Source: Ranitomeya imitator
Taxonomy: Eukaryota
Length of the DNA stretch: 64,000 nucleotides
Direction of reading: 5' to 3'
Assembly (NCBI RefSeq): GCF_032444005.1
Contig: NC_091290.1
Coordinates: forward strand, 153,822,001 to 153,886,000
Part shown: one piece after another, positions 25,801-37,700 of the stretch
How positions within the stretch are numbered: position 1 is the first letter of the stretch
How the letters are laid out: the number at the start of each line of letters is the position of its first letter
Position numbers and translations under genes: made by a program
Notes under the pieces: model-generated
What the model was told of the DNA's origin: nothing
Databases searched by the model: none
What the model saw: only the letters and a program-made list of their open reading frames with translations

Positions 25801-28800
25801 TAAAGTACAGCTGCGATCACAGCTTTCCACGCTGTCTGATCAGTGCAGTCTGAAGTCTGGACATTGCATAGTATCATTCTCGCCACATCATATGTGACGC
25901 CATTTTCTATCTGCAGTTATCAGGGTTTGAGTTCTCCAAGACGGAGTCATCTATGAGAAGGAATCCAGTGGAAAGTCCAGCAAAAAGCAGCGAACTGGTG
26001 TATGTGGCCCCCGAGACCTGGCGGGACATCAACACCTACAACAAGCGGAGCGAGATCTATAGGTAACAGCCCAGCACGGGGTGATGGACAGTGCAGAGAC
26101 TAATTACGGTGTGCTAGAACTGGGGGCAAGCTAGGACTGGGGACAAGCTAGGACTGGGGACGAGCTAGGACTGGAGGTGAGCTAGGATGTGAGGCATGCT
26201 AGGACTGGGGGCAAGCTAGGACTGGGGGCGAGCTAGGATGTGAGGCATGCTAGGACTGGGGGCGAGCTAGGCCTGGGGGCGAGCTAGGATGTGAGGCATG
26301 CTAGGACTGGGGGCGAGCTGTTATGTTTGCTAATGACAGGTGTTATGAAGGCAATCCAGAAACACAGTGTGCTTAGCGATCAGAGCGCACACAGTGATCT
26401 GACAAATACCCAAAAATACAAGAACGAGCTCTGAGACGTGGAAACTCTGTAGACTGCACACCTGATCCTATCCTAAACACAACTAAAAGCGGCTGTGGAT
26501 TGCGCCTAACAACTACCTAGGCAACTCGGCACAGCCTAAGAAACTAGCTAGCCTGAAGATAGAAAAATAGGCCTGACTTGCCCCAGAGAAATTCCCCAAA
26601 GGAAAAGGCAGCCCCCCACATATAATGACTGTGAGTAAGATGAAAAGACAAAACGTAGGGATGAAATAGATTCAGCAAAGTGGGGCCCGATATTCTAGGA
26701 CAGAGCGAGGACAGTAAAGCGAACTTTGCAGTCTACAAAAAACTCTAAAGCAAAACCACGCAAAGGGGGCAAAAAAAAAACCCACCGTGCCGAACTAACG
26801 GCACGGCGGTACACCCTTTGCGTCTCAGAGCTTCCAGCAAAACAAAAGACAAGCTGGACAGAAAAAAAAGCAACAAAAAAGCAAAAAGCACTTAGCTATA
26901 CAGAGCAGCAGGTCACAGGAACAATCAGGAGAAGCTCAGATCCAACACTGAAACATTGACAAGGAGCAAGGATAGCAGCATCAGGCGGAGTTAAGTAATG
27001 AAGCAGTTAACGAGCTCACCAGAACACCTGAGGGAGGAAGCTCAGAAGCTGCAGTACCACTTGTGACCACAGGAGTGAATTCAGCCACAGAATTCACAAC
27101 AGCGAGCTAGGCCTGGGGGCGAGCTAGGATGTGAGGCGTGCTAGGACTGGGGGCGAGCTAGGACAGGCGGCGAGCTAAGCCTGGGGACGAGCTAAGACTG
27201 GCGGCGAGCTAGGACTGTGGACGAGCTAGGACTAGGGGCAAACTAGGACCGGGGCGAGCTAGGACGTGGGGCGTGCTAGGACTGGGGGCGAGGTAGGACT
27301 GGGGCAAGCTAGGACTGAGGGCGAGCTAGGAAAGTCGGTGAGCTAGGACTGGGGGCGTGCTAGGACCGGGGGCGAGCTAGGACTGGGGGCGAGCTAGGAC
27401 TGGGGGTGAGCTAGGACTGAGGGCGAGCTAGGAAAGGCAGTGAGCTAGGACTGGGGCGAGCTAGGACCGGGGACGAACTAGGACCGGGGGCGAGCTAGGA
27501 AAGGCAGTGAGCTAGGACTGGGGTCGAGCTAGGACCGGGGCGAGCTAGGACAGGCGGCAAGCTAGGACCGGGGGCGTGCTAGGACCGGGGGCGAGCTACA
27601 ATGGGCCGCAAGCTTCTTCAATGTCTGACCACCTTCTCTTGCAGTTTAGGAGTAGTGATCTTCGAGATTGCGGTTGGTGGATTCCTTTTTGCAAGGTGAG
27701 CTGAGCTCTGCGGCACATGGAAGCAGATATTTCATCATCGGAGAGGATATTAGTGCCACAAGACATCACTCATATAGCGGACCACTGCTCCCCTGCCTGC
27801 GACATGCAGACATATTCTCAGGGACCCCAAAGGTGAAAGCCATAGAAGTAGCCACATCTGACGACCATCAGCTCTCACCCTACACCACATATTCATTTAC
27901 CACCATATTTGTGACAATATTCTGTGATAAGATTGCTGACACACTAATCAGAGCCTGTGGATTTCCCGCAGGCGCCATGTTATCTGTCACCGGTTATCGC
28001 TCAGTGTCTCCTGGGATCAGACCACACACAGACTTTGTGATGCGTCTCCTAGAATTAGACTACAGACTTTGTGACGCGTCTCCATTGTTCAGACTACACA
28101 CAGACTTTGTGACGCGTCTCCCGGGTTCAGACTACACACAGACTTTGTAACGCGTCTCCGTTGTTCAGACTACACGCAGACTTTGTGACGCGTCTCCGTT
28201 GTTCAGACTACACACTGACTTTGTGACGCGTCTCCCGGGTTCAGACTACACGCAGACATTGTGACGTGTCTCCATTGTTCAGACTACATGCAGACTTTGT
28301 GACGCGTCTCCGTTGTTCAGACTACACACAGACTTTGTGACGCGTCTCCCGGGTTCAGACTACACGCAGACTTTGTGACTCGTCTCCGTTGTTCAGACTA
28401 CACACTGACTTTGTGACGCGTCTCCCGGGTTCAGACTACACGCAGACTTTGTGATGCGTCTCCATTGTTCAGACTACAAGCAGACTTTGTGACGCGTCTC
28501 CTGGGATCAGACTACACAGACTTTGTGACGCGTCTCCATTGTTCAGACTACAAGCAGACTTTGTGACGCGTCTCCTGGGATCAGACTACACAGACTTTGT
28601 GACGCGTCTCCATTGTTCAGACTACAAGCAGACTTTGTGATGCGTCTCCCAGGTTCAGACTATAAGCAGACTTTGTGACGCGTCTCCCGGGTTCAGACTA
28701 CACGCAGACTTTGACGCCTCTCTCAGGTTCAGACGACACAGACTTTGTGATGCGTCTCCCAGGTTCAGACTACACGCAGACTTTGACGCCTCTCCCAGGT

Positions 28801-31800
28801 TCAGACGACACAGACTTTGTGACGCGTCTCCCGGGTTCAGACTACACGCAGACTTTGACGCCTCTCTCAGGTTCAGACGACACAGACTTTGTGATGCGTC
28901 TCCCAGGTTCAGACTACACGCAGACTTTGACGCCTCTCTCAGGTTCAGACGACACAGACTTTGTGATGCGTCTCCCAGGTTCAGAGTACACGCAGACTTT
29001 GACGCCTCTCCCAGGTTCAGACGACACAGACTTTGTGACGCGTCTCCCAGGATCAGACTACACACTGACTTTGTGACGCGTCTCCCAGGTTCAGACTACA
29101 CGCAGACTTTGTGCAGCGATATTGAGCTACAGCTTTTGTCCAGAAGACACAATCACAATTACAGACTGAATTTCATACACAGAATTCTGACTTAATTAGT
29201 GGCCACAACTATCTGACATGCTGTGCACATTACATGTATGAGACACACTTAACAATGGGGAATAGTGTTATCAAGGGGCGATAATTGGGCATAACCAAAG
29301 TAAGCCAATTAATAGATGGAAGACACAAGGTCCAGTGTAAATATGCTGTACATTATGCACCGTAGGGGCCCCTGATAACATTAAGGCCCCGTCACACATA
29401 GCGACGCTGCAGCAATACCGACAACGATCCGGATCGCTGCAGCGTCGCTGTTTGGTCGCTGGAGAGCTGTCACACAGACAGCTCTCCAGCGACCAACGAT
29501 GCCGGTAACCAGGGTAAACATCGGGTTACTAAGTGCAGGGCCGCGCTTAGTAACCCGATGTTTACCCTGGTTACCATCGTTAAAGTAAAAAAAACAAACA
29601 CCACAGACTTACCTACCGCTGTCTGTCCCCAGCGCTCTGCTTCTCTGCACTGGCTGTGAGCACAGCGGCCGGAAAGCAGAGCGGTGACGTCACCGCTCTG
29701 CTTTCCGGCTGCCCGGCGCTCACAGCCAGAGCAGAGAAGCAGAGCGCTGGGGACAGACAGCGGTAGGTAAGTCTGTGGTGTTTGTTTTTTTTACTTTAAT
29801 GATGGTAACCAGGGTAAACATCGGGTTACTAAGCGCGGCCCTGCGCTTAGTAACCCGATGTTTACCCTGGTTACCAGTGAAGACATCGCTGAATCGGCGT
29901 CACACACACCGATTCAGCGATGTCTGCGGGGAGTCCAGCGACGAAATAAAGTTCTGGACTTTCTTCCCCGACCAGCGATATCACAGCAGGGGCCTGATCG
30001 CTGCTGCCTGTCACACTGGACGATATCGCTAGCGAGGACGCTGCAACGTCACGGATCGCTAGCGATATCGTCTAGTGTGACGGTACCTATAGGCTTTCTG
30101 CCTCGTCTACACTCACCGGGGAGTAATACTCAACCCCAGGGAGGTGCAGGCCGCTCCATGCGCTCCACTGAAGGCCTCTATTAGTCTTAATGGCAGTCTG
30201 AAGGGTGGGATCAGCTGCACAATACTGGGAATTACCTACATTTCATTTACTTTGCCAGAATTTTCTGCAGAGAATCATGAAGACATTCATCAGAAGCTCT
30301 GCACAAGGGTTGATGCCGACCTCCATACCTCGTGTCCTCCTGCTCTTCGTGATGTCATTAGGAGAAGTCTAGCGATGGATCCAGGGAGCCGTCCCTCAGC
30401 TGGAGGTCTGTAGGATGACCCCATAACTTCATGGCCTCCTGTAATGGATGAATTAGTTACCATAAGATTGGAGGCTAAGTGTCCACCCCTCACATCAGTG
30501 TGGTACCAGGGGTCACTACCTGGGGCCGAGGATGTCGTTCTGTGACCCCCGACCACCTGGATACAGACGGGTGCGGCTGCTCACATGTGGCGTCCACTCA
30601 CCGCATGTACAGGGATGTGACATTACTGACGACACTTCCCATATATCAGGAGGACGGGGTCGGAGTATTCCGAGTGGGCCTCAGCATTGTAGATGATGGG
30701 AGCTGTGATGCGCCCCGCGGTTACCACAACACCCATCATCCACATTGTAGACCACTCCACGCCAATTTGGTCTTCCGTATGGAATGATGATGGAGAAAGA
30801 ATGGGGGCCCAGTTTCCCCCATTGGTGGGAGTTCTCGAACCTATCACAACATATATATTCAATAAGTCATTCATTTCATTTTAAAGACTTTTTCCACTAC
30901 TAGGTTAACTCCTTCCGAAATACAATCTGTCACCATGATTGTTCTTCCCCATCTGAGAGCAGCATGATGTTGGGGCTGAGACCTTGACTTCCAGCTGAGT
31001 TGTCACTTACTGGCCTACTTATTCTCATTTTTGATCACTGTTTTAATTACTGGAGATCTAGCGGTGCTCTAAATGCTGAGCTCTGTATCATCCCACACCA
31101 CTGATTGGCAGCTGTATATAACCCTGCCCACATCACTTATTGGCAGCTGTGTATAACCCCGCCCATACCACTGATTGGCAGCTGTGTATAACTCCGCCCA
31201 CATTACTCATTGGCAGCTGTGTATAACCCCACCCACACCACTGATTGACAGCTGTGTATAACCCCACCCACATCACTCATTGACAGCTGCGTATAACCCC
31301 GCCCACATCACTCATTGGTAGTTTACTGACCATGTACAGTGTTCACACAGAAAGCTGCCAATCAGTGATGGGGTTATACAGAGCTCGTGAATATGGAAGA
31401 CTATATGGCAGCAGGATTACTAGTCCTGCACTGACTACGGTGACTATCATGGGTTTATTATTGGGTTCAATCTTTCCTTCACTCCCCACATCCGATCACT
31501 CGCTCATGTCACCTACATCAAAAACAGCTCTAGAACTCGATCTCTTCTTACCTTTGACTCTACAAAAACTCGAACTGTCACTCTAATTCATTCTCCCCTG
31601 GACTACTGAAACTTTCTAATTGGTCTCCTCTTACTAAATCCCCCCTCTAATCTATCCTAAAGGCGACAGCTAGGGTTGTATCACCCTCACTTACTAAATT
31701 CTCCACAGTGCTGCCGCGCCCTACACCTCCTCATCATTCCTGTCCACCACCTACCCATCCTCTCCACAGTGCTGCACCGCCCTACATCTCCTCCTCATCT

Positions 31801-33989
31801 CTGTACCACCTACCTGTCCTCTCCACAGTGCTGCACCGCCCTACATCTCCTCCTCATCTGTCTACCACCTACCTGTCCTCTCCACAGTGCTGCACCGCCC
31901 TACATCTCCTCATCTCTGTACCACCTACCTGTCCTCTCCACAGTGCTGCACCGCCCTACATCTCCACCTCATCTCTGTCTACCACCTACCTGTCCTCTCC
32001 ACAGTGCTGCACCGCCCTACATCTCCTCATCTCTGTACCACCTACCTGTCCTCTCCACAGTGCTGCACCGCCCTACATCTCCACCTCATCTCTGTCTACC
32101 ACCTACCTGTCCTCTCTACAGTGCTGCACCACCCTACATCTCCTCCTCATCTCTGTCTACCACCTACCTGTCCTCTCCACAGTGCTGCACCGCCCTACAG
32201 CTCCTCCTCATCTCTGTCTACCACCTACCCATCCTCTCCAGTGCTGCACCGCCCTACATCTGCTCATCTGTCTACCTCCTACCCATCCTCTCCACAGTGC
32301 TGCACCGCCCTACATCTCCTCCTCATCTCTGTACCACCTACCTGTCCTCTCCACAGTGCTGCACCGCCCTACATCTCCTCCTCATCTGTCTACCACCTAC
32401 CTGTCCTCTCCACAGTGCTGCACCGCCCTACATCTCCTCCTCATCTCTGTACCACCTACCTGTCCTCTCCACAGTGCTGCACCGCCCTACATCTCCTCCT
32501 CATCTGTCTACCACCTACCTGTCCTCTCCACAGTGCTGCACCACCCTACATCTCCTCATCTCTGTACCACCTACCTGTCCTCTCCACAGTGCTGCACTGC
32601 CCTACATCTCCTCCTCATCTGTCTACCACCTACCTGTCCTCTCCACAGTGCTGCACCGCCCTACATCTCCTCCTCATCTCTGTACCACCTACCTGTCCTC
32701 TCCACAGTGCTGCACCGCCCTACATCTCCTCCTCATCTGTCTACCACCTACCTGTCCTCTCCACAGTGCTGCACCACCCTACATCTCCTCATCTCTGTAC
32801 CACCTACCTGTCCTCTCCACAGTGCTGCACTGCCCTACATCTCCTCCTCATCTGTCTACCACCTACCTGTCCTCTCCACAGTGCTGCACCGCCCTACATC
32901 TCCTCATCTCTGTACCACCTACCTGTCCTCTCCACAGTGCTGCACCGCCCTACATCTCCACCTCATCTCTGTCTACCACCTACCTGTCCTCTCCACAGTG
33001 CTGCACCGCCCTACATCTCCTCCTCATCTCTGTCTACCACCTACCTGTCCTCTCCACAGTGCTGCACCGCCCTACAGCTCCTCCTCATCTCTGTCTACCA
33101 CCTACCCATCCTCTCTAGTGCTGCACCGCCCTACATCTGCTCATCTGTCTACCTCCTACCCATCCTCTTCACAGTGCTGCACCACCCTACATCTCATCTG
33201 TCTACCACCTACCCGTCCTCTCCACAGTGCTGTACTGCCCTACATCTCCTCATCTGTCTACCACCTACCGGTCCTCTCCACAGTGCTGTACTTCCCTACA
33301 TCTCATCTGTCTACCCTACCTGTCCTCTCCACAGTGCAGTACTTCCCTACATCTCATCTGTCTACCCTACCTGTCCTCTCCACAGTGCTGCATCACCCTA
33401 CATCTCATCTCCATCCACCACCTACCTGTCCTCTCCACAGTGCTGCACCGCCCTACATCTCCATCCACCACCTACCTGTCCTCTCCACAGTGCTGCACTG
33501 CCCTACATCTCCTCCTCATATCTGTCTACCACCTACCCGTCCTCTCCACAGTGCTGCACCACCCTACATCTCATCTCTGTCTACCACCTACCCATCCTCT
33601 CCACAGTGCTGCACTGCCCTACATCTCCTCCTCATATCTGTCTACCACCTACCTGTCCTCTCCACAGTGCTGCACCACCCTACATCTCCTCATCTCTGTC
33701 TACCACCTACCTGTCCTCTGCACATTGCTGCACTCCTCTACATTTTCTCCTCTGCGGAGTGTTAAAGTTTGACCATCTCAATATCATTTTTTGACCATCT
33801 CACCCGTTTCATCCAGTACTGTAGCTTATAAACAGCAGTTCCTCCTGTAACTGGTGAATTATGTGTTATTCAGGATTTCCTACTTTTACATGTTTGGTCT
33901 CTGGATAAATGGTAATGATGGTGTACTTTACATTGTTTGCAGAGATTGCAGATCTGCTGATCGCTCTCTTGGATCAGATGGAGGCCTAG
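10442..33989 (+). CDS. MLKL: Mixed lineage kinase domain-like pseudokinase, spliced CDS: 10442-10892, 11171-11230, 13104-13287, 13360-13457, 25471-25606, 25715-25799, 25917-26062, 27645-27695, 30259-30405, 33943-33989
   Basis: N-terminal four-helix-bundle-like [35 protein letters not shown]; pseudokinase motifs VMIK, HGSLSSS (for HRD), GFE (for DFG), YVAPE, RPS. All introns GT-AG. Phases join except at 27695/30259: exons total 1405 nt, one more than 468 codons. Directly upstream of RFWD3 and GLG1 as in other vertebrates. Confidence 0.93.
11171..11230 (+). CDS. MLKL: MLKL coding exon 2 ([20 protein letters not shown])
   Basis: TTTTATGCAG acceptor, GTAAGT donor, 60 nt, phase 1-1, open frame. 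Confidence 0.75.
11290..12965. repeat. 15-bp C-rich minisatellite (CCAGCCTGCGTCCC[C/T]) split by a solo LTR
   Basis: Arrays at about 11290-11637 and 12152-12965. Confidence 0.93.
11638..12151. mobile_element. Solo LTR (514 bp)
   Basis: TGTCATGA...CATTACA termini, 5-bp TSD CCTCC, internal TATA-like GCTATTTAAG. Confidence 0.8.
13104..13287 (+). CDS. MLKL: MLKL coding exon 3 (N-lobe, KSPVMIK)
   Basis: WDIKEI...[17 protein letters not shown]; CAG acceptor, GTAAGT donor. Confidence 0.9.
13360..13457 (+). CDS. MLKL: MLKL coding exon 4 ([25 protein letters not shown])
   Basis: 98 nt; TTTTCAG acceptor, GTGAGA donor; preceded by a 72-nt intron. Confidence 0.92.
17835..18574. mobile_element. Solo LTR copy 1 (740 bp)
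   Basis: TGTTGTGAG...GATCATGACA; GATATA duplicated on both sides. Confidence 0.85.
19821..20560. mobile_element. Solo LTR copy 2 (740 bp)
   Basis: Appears identical to copy 1, with the same flanks. Confidence 0.85.
21837..22576. mobile_element. Solo LTR copy 3 (740 bp)
   Basis: Same as copies 1 and 2 except CCATCG to CCATTG near 22511. Confidence 0.85.
25471..25606 (+). CDS. MLKL: MLKL coding exon 5 ([17 protein letters not shown])
   Basis: 136 nt kinase hinge region; donor GTGCTG is weak but the phase fits the next exon. Confidence 0.88.
25715..25799 (+). CDS. MLKL: MLKL coding exon 6 ([17 protein letters not shown])
   Basis: TAG acceptor, GTAAAG donor; degenerate catalytic loop. Confidence 0.88.
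25917..26062 (+). CDS. MLKL: MLKL coding exon 7 ([11 protein letters not shown] activation loop, YVAPE)
   Basis: CTGCAG acceptor, GTAACA donor; GFE motif typical of MLKL. Confidence 0.92.
26115..27600. repeat. About 17-bp minisatellite (GCTAGGACTGGGGGCGA) split by a solo LTR
   Basis: Arrays at about 26115-26318 and 27102-27600. Confidence 0.9.
26319..27101 (-). mobile_element. Solo LTR (783 bp), related to but inverted relative to the 740-bp LTRs
   Basis: TGTTATG...GAATTCACAACA (reverse complement starts TGTTGTGAATTCTG); 6-bp TSD GCGAGC. Confidence 0.85.
27645..27695 (+). CDS. MLKL: MLKL coding exon 8 ([12 protein letters not shown]...), 51 nt, frame-discordant
   Basis: TTGCAG acceptor, GTGAGC donor; helix-F-like sequence; ends in phase 2 while the next exon starts in phase 1. 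Confidence 0.8.
28025..29112. repeat. About 36-38-bp minisatellite (CAGACTACACGCAGACTTTGTGACGCGTCTCCCGGGTT)
   Basis: Direct tandem periodicity, with alternating subunits at the 3' end. Confidence 0.92.
29385..30087. mobile_element. PIF/Harbinger-type MITE (703 bp) with internal hairpin modules
   Basis: TIRs GGCCCCGTCACAC / GTGTGACGGTACC, same family as 7681-8073; flanks TAA/TAT; internal palindrome GGTAACCAGGGTAAACATCGGGTTACTAAG...CTTAGTAACCCGATGTTTACCCTGGTTACC present twice. Confidence 0.85.
30259..30405 (+). CDS. MLKL: MLKL coding exon 9 ([23 protein letters not shown])
   Basis: Kinase C-lobe CP..L..I......DP..RPS. Alternative in-phase acceptor at 30270; donor GTCTGT 30406. Confidence 0.85.
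31095..31320. repeat. Short array of about 5 copies of a ~39-40-bp unit (ATTGGCAGCTGTGTATAACCCCGCCCAC...)
   Basis: Tandem copies visible; probably the subterminal part of a degraded DNA transposon. Confidence 0.55.
31700..33730. repeat. About 55-62-bp CT-rich minisatellite in the last MLKL intron
   Basis: Unit CCACAGTGCTGCACCGCCCTACATCTCCTCCTCATCTGTCTACCACCTACCTGTCCTCT with indel variants. Confidence 0.95.
33943..33989 (+). CDS. MLKL: MLKL last coding exon ([15 protein letters not shown])
   Basis: TTTGCAG acceptor, phase 1 match, TAG stop 33987-33989. Confidence 0.75.
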
Positions 33990-34733
33990 GACCCTGCATA
34001 TACATCTACACCTCACAGAAGAGGATGAAAGCACTACAGATTAAAACATGTCCTAGGGCAGCGGCATCGGCAGCTCTCAACGCGTGTCCCAAGGATGCGG
34101 GTGTCCCTCCAGATGTAGAGGAGGATTTTATTGCTGCAGATGTGACATCTGTCCTGACATTATTACCACCTATTAAATATAAAGCATTACTGATAATGTG
34201 TGCTGTATTATTGGACAGAGCATGCCCACAACACAAGCGAGTATGTAACGGTCACAGCTCCTTCCTCACCTATGAAATGAGCCTTGCACAGTGACCTCTG
34301 CACAGGACACAGAGCATGCCCGCTATACTCTCCCACAGAAATGTAAGTGCCCCAGTGATCAGGATTGTGCTCAGTGACTACAGACAGTGTCAGGTCGGTG
34401 CAATGTGAGAAACTCGCGCCTCAATACCGGGCACTGCCGCCGGCACTGGGACCGGAGCGTTCAGCTGCATAGAAACACATGTACCGCACGCTCCGCTCCT
34501 GAGTATTGAGGCGAATTTCTTGAATTGCACTCGCAAGTGTGACCCGGCCTTAGGCTGTGTGCACACGTTGCAGATTTTTCGCTATAAAAACACGAAAAAA
34601 ACACATACATTATGCATCCCATCATTTAGAATGCATTCTGCAATTTTTGTGCACATGATGCGTTTTTTTCCACGAAAAAAAACACATTGCGGTAAAAAAC
34701 GCAGCATGTTCATTAATTTTGCGGATTTCCCAC

Positions 34734-37700
34734 TGTAAGGACTCCAGATTCCTTGTTTATCTGTGGTGTTTTATTGCCATTTTCCAAGATGGCGTCTGCT
34801 GCCTCAAATCTGCTCATGTGATCTGACTTCCCTGTCTTTATAAGCCTAGCTTGCTTCATACTCCTTGCTTGTGTATTCTGCCTGAATCCCTGGCTTGTGC
34901 TGCAAGAGACTTCCCCTCTCCAGATACTCCGAACTCCACCTATTCCTAAGCTTGTTTGATTTCCACTGCTGGATTATTTGACTGTTTCTGGACTCGAAGC
35001 TCTGCACTGCTTCTGGACTCTTTGCTAATACTGCCAGCCCTGGTATGAACTGTGTCTTATAATCTGCATTTCCCCTGAAAGTGCTACGCCCATAAGACTT
35101 TGCCTGCAGTAAAGCTGCAAACAAACTATTCCTAATAAGGACCGAGTTTGCCGTCCACTTGAACTGTTGTGCACATGCTGCACCCACGTTTGTGTGTTTG
35201 AATATTGACTTTGCCTGCAGCCGAGCTGCAAGGAACTTATCCTGATTTCACCTTATTTGCTGTGTTTTGAACTTGCTCACGCTTTGCACCAGTGTTTGTT
35301 TTGAATAATAAAGACTTATCACTATATTTGGTTCTGCTGCTTATTTGTCTCAAGCCAAGAGATTCCTGAGTGTTCCACTATAATTGTTACAGGATACACA
35401 AGCCAAATAAGGAATCTGCTGAGACAATGGCTACTGAACCTAAGATTGAACAACTGTTTTCTATGATGAGATATCTGCAAAAAGAGATGGGCAGTCTGCA
35501 GAGGAAGGTGGGAGGCTTGGAACATAATCAGCAGGTGTTTGGACAGACTCTGCAGGATCTGAGTACTCGAATGGACGCTCAGGAAAATAAATTTAAAAGC
35601 ATGGAGTCTCAGTATGGACAGGGCTTTTAGGACTTAAGTGCTCAGATGGCCACACAAGTGGTCTTACCCCCGGGACAGCCGCAGGCAATCAGTCCTCCTA
35701 AGCTGCCGCCATTCCGATACAATGGTGACCGTGATAAATTTCGTGGTTTTGTAAAGCAATGTATGTTATATTTTGATGTGCACTGATCGATGTAAAGTGT
35801 TATGTATTATTATGCTATTGACATCACGAGCACTCACCTGGGCAAATCTGATGATCGAGTCTCGTGACCCACGTCTAAATGTATTGGATGATTTTTTTGG
35901 CTGCCATGGCATTAATGTTTGATGACCCTAACCGCCGCGCCTCTGCTGAGACCGCCTTACTGTCCTTGCGTCAGGGTAAACGTTCAGTTATTGAATATGC
36001 CACTGATTTTAGAAGGCTAGCTGTGGATACTAACTGGGATTGTTATGCACAATTGCCCATTTTTAGGAGAGGTCTGTCTAGTGTTATAAAGGATGAACTA
36101 ACCCGCTCTGAGTCACCACAAGAGCTAGAAACATTTATCCAACATTGTGTACGCATTGATCTTCGCCTTACTGCGCGTAGACAGGAGAAATTGGTGGTAT
36201 TTAATCGTATGTCTAATTATTCCCTTTCTCCGAAGGAACCTGCAGGTAAAACCACTCGGAAGACAGAGGTAATGCCTATGCAAATGGACTCAGTGCAGAG
36301 ACGTGAGAGTAATGAACGTCGGGAGCGCCGCCTCCGGGAGAGTCTTTGCTTTTATTGCGGCCAACCTGATCACTTCTTAATCAACTGTCCGAAGCGGCCT
36401 AACAAGGTGTTAGCAGTGGTAGGGGCACACGATAATGATGACGATCAATCTGATGTATCTGAATTTAGCCTACCATTGAATGCTGTTTTTCATTCTCTCT
36501 CCATGACTACTCCTTCCAGGGAGCAGAAGGAAAGACTATCACTGCTTACTCCCTATTAAAATCTTATGTTCTGGACAGTGGATTTCTAGCGCAGCCATGA
36601 TTGATTCCGGCGCAGGGGGTAATTTTATGGACATTGCATTTGCCAAGAAACACGGCATAGAGATTCAGCACAGAGCTTCTCCAATTGCTATGGAGACGGT
36701 TAGATGGCTCACCTATAATTTCTGGGCCTGTTGATCAGGAGACTGTACCGCTTGTCATTTTGTTGGAACCGGACCATCAGGAGCAACTCATTTTTAGTTA
36801 TTTCTTCTCATTGTCCAGTGATTCTAGGCTGCGTTCACAGAATCCAACAATCAACTGGGAGACCAAGGAGATTACATTCCCAACCAGGAGTGATTCAGCT
36901 GTAACGGAAACTGTTCCGGAGTCTCTTGATTCGGAACCCCCTGAACTGGTCGTTACTTTACCTGCTGTGTATATGGAATACTTTGACATCTGTGATAAGA
37001 CGAAGGCAGACCAGCTTCCCCCACATAGGGATTATGATTGTCCCACTGAACTGCTTCCAGGGGCAGCTATTCCTTTCAGTAACGTCTACCCTTTGGCAGC
37101 TCCTGAGCTCCAAGCTCTGAAAGAGTATATTGATGAAAATTTGGCTAAAGGCTTTATACGTCCTTCTTCCTCACCAGCGGGAGCACCTATTATTTTTGTA
37201 AAGAAGAAGGATGGGACCCTAAAACCCTGCATCGACTATCGGGAACTCAATAAGGTGACCATCCGGAATCGTTATCCCTTGCCTTTGATCCTAGAACTGT
37301 TGGAAAGAATCCATCATGCCAAGGTATTCTCTAAATTGGATCTTCGCGGGGTGTATAATCTGATACGTATCCGACCAGGTGATGAATGGAAGACGGAATT
37401 CAGATGTCGATATGGACATTTTGAGTACTTGGTGATGCCTTTTGGGCTGTGCAATGCCCCAGCAACGTTTCAACATCTCGCCAATGATATTTTTAGAGAT
37501 TTACTGGACCAGTTTGTTGTAATCTATCTGAATGACATCCTAATTTTTTCTGACTCTCTACAGGAGCATCAAGAACACGTCAAAATGGTTTTGAAGCGTT
37601 CGCAAGAGAACCATCTTTATATCAAGCCGGAGAAGTGCGAGTTTCATCGTTCTGAAATTCAGTTATTAGGTTATGTCATCACTCCTCAGGGGATAAACAT

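Noticed and set aside
30430-31000. Possible LTR fragment or extra MLKL exon after 30405
   Set aside because: I could not identify paired termini, a TSD or kinase-like coding signal; left unannotated.
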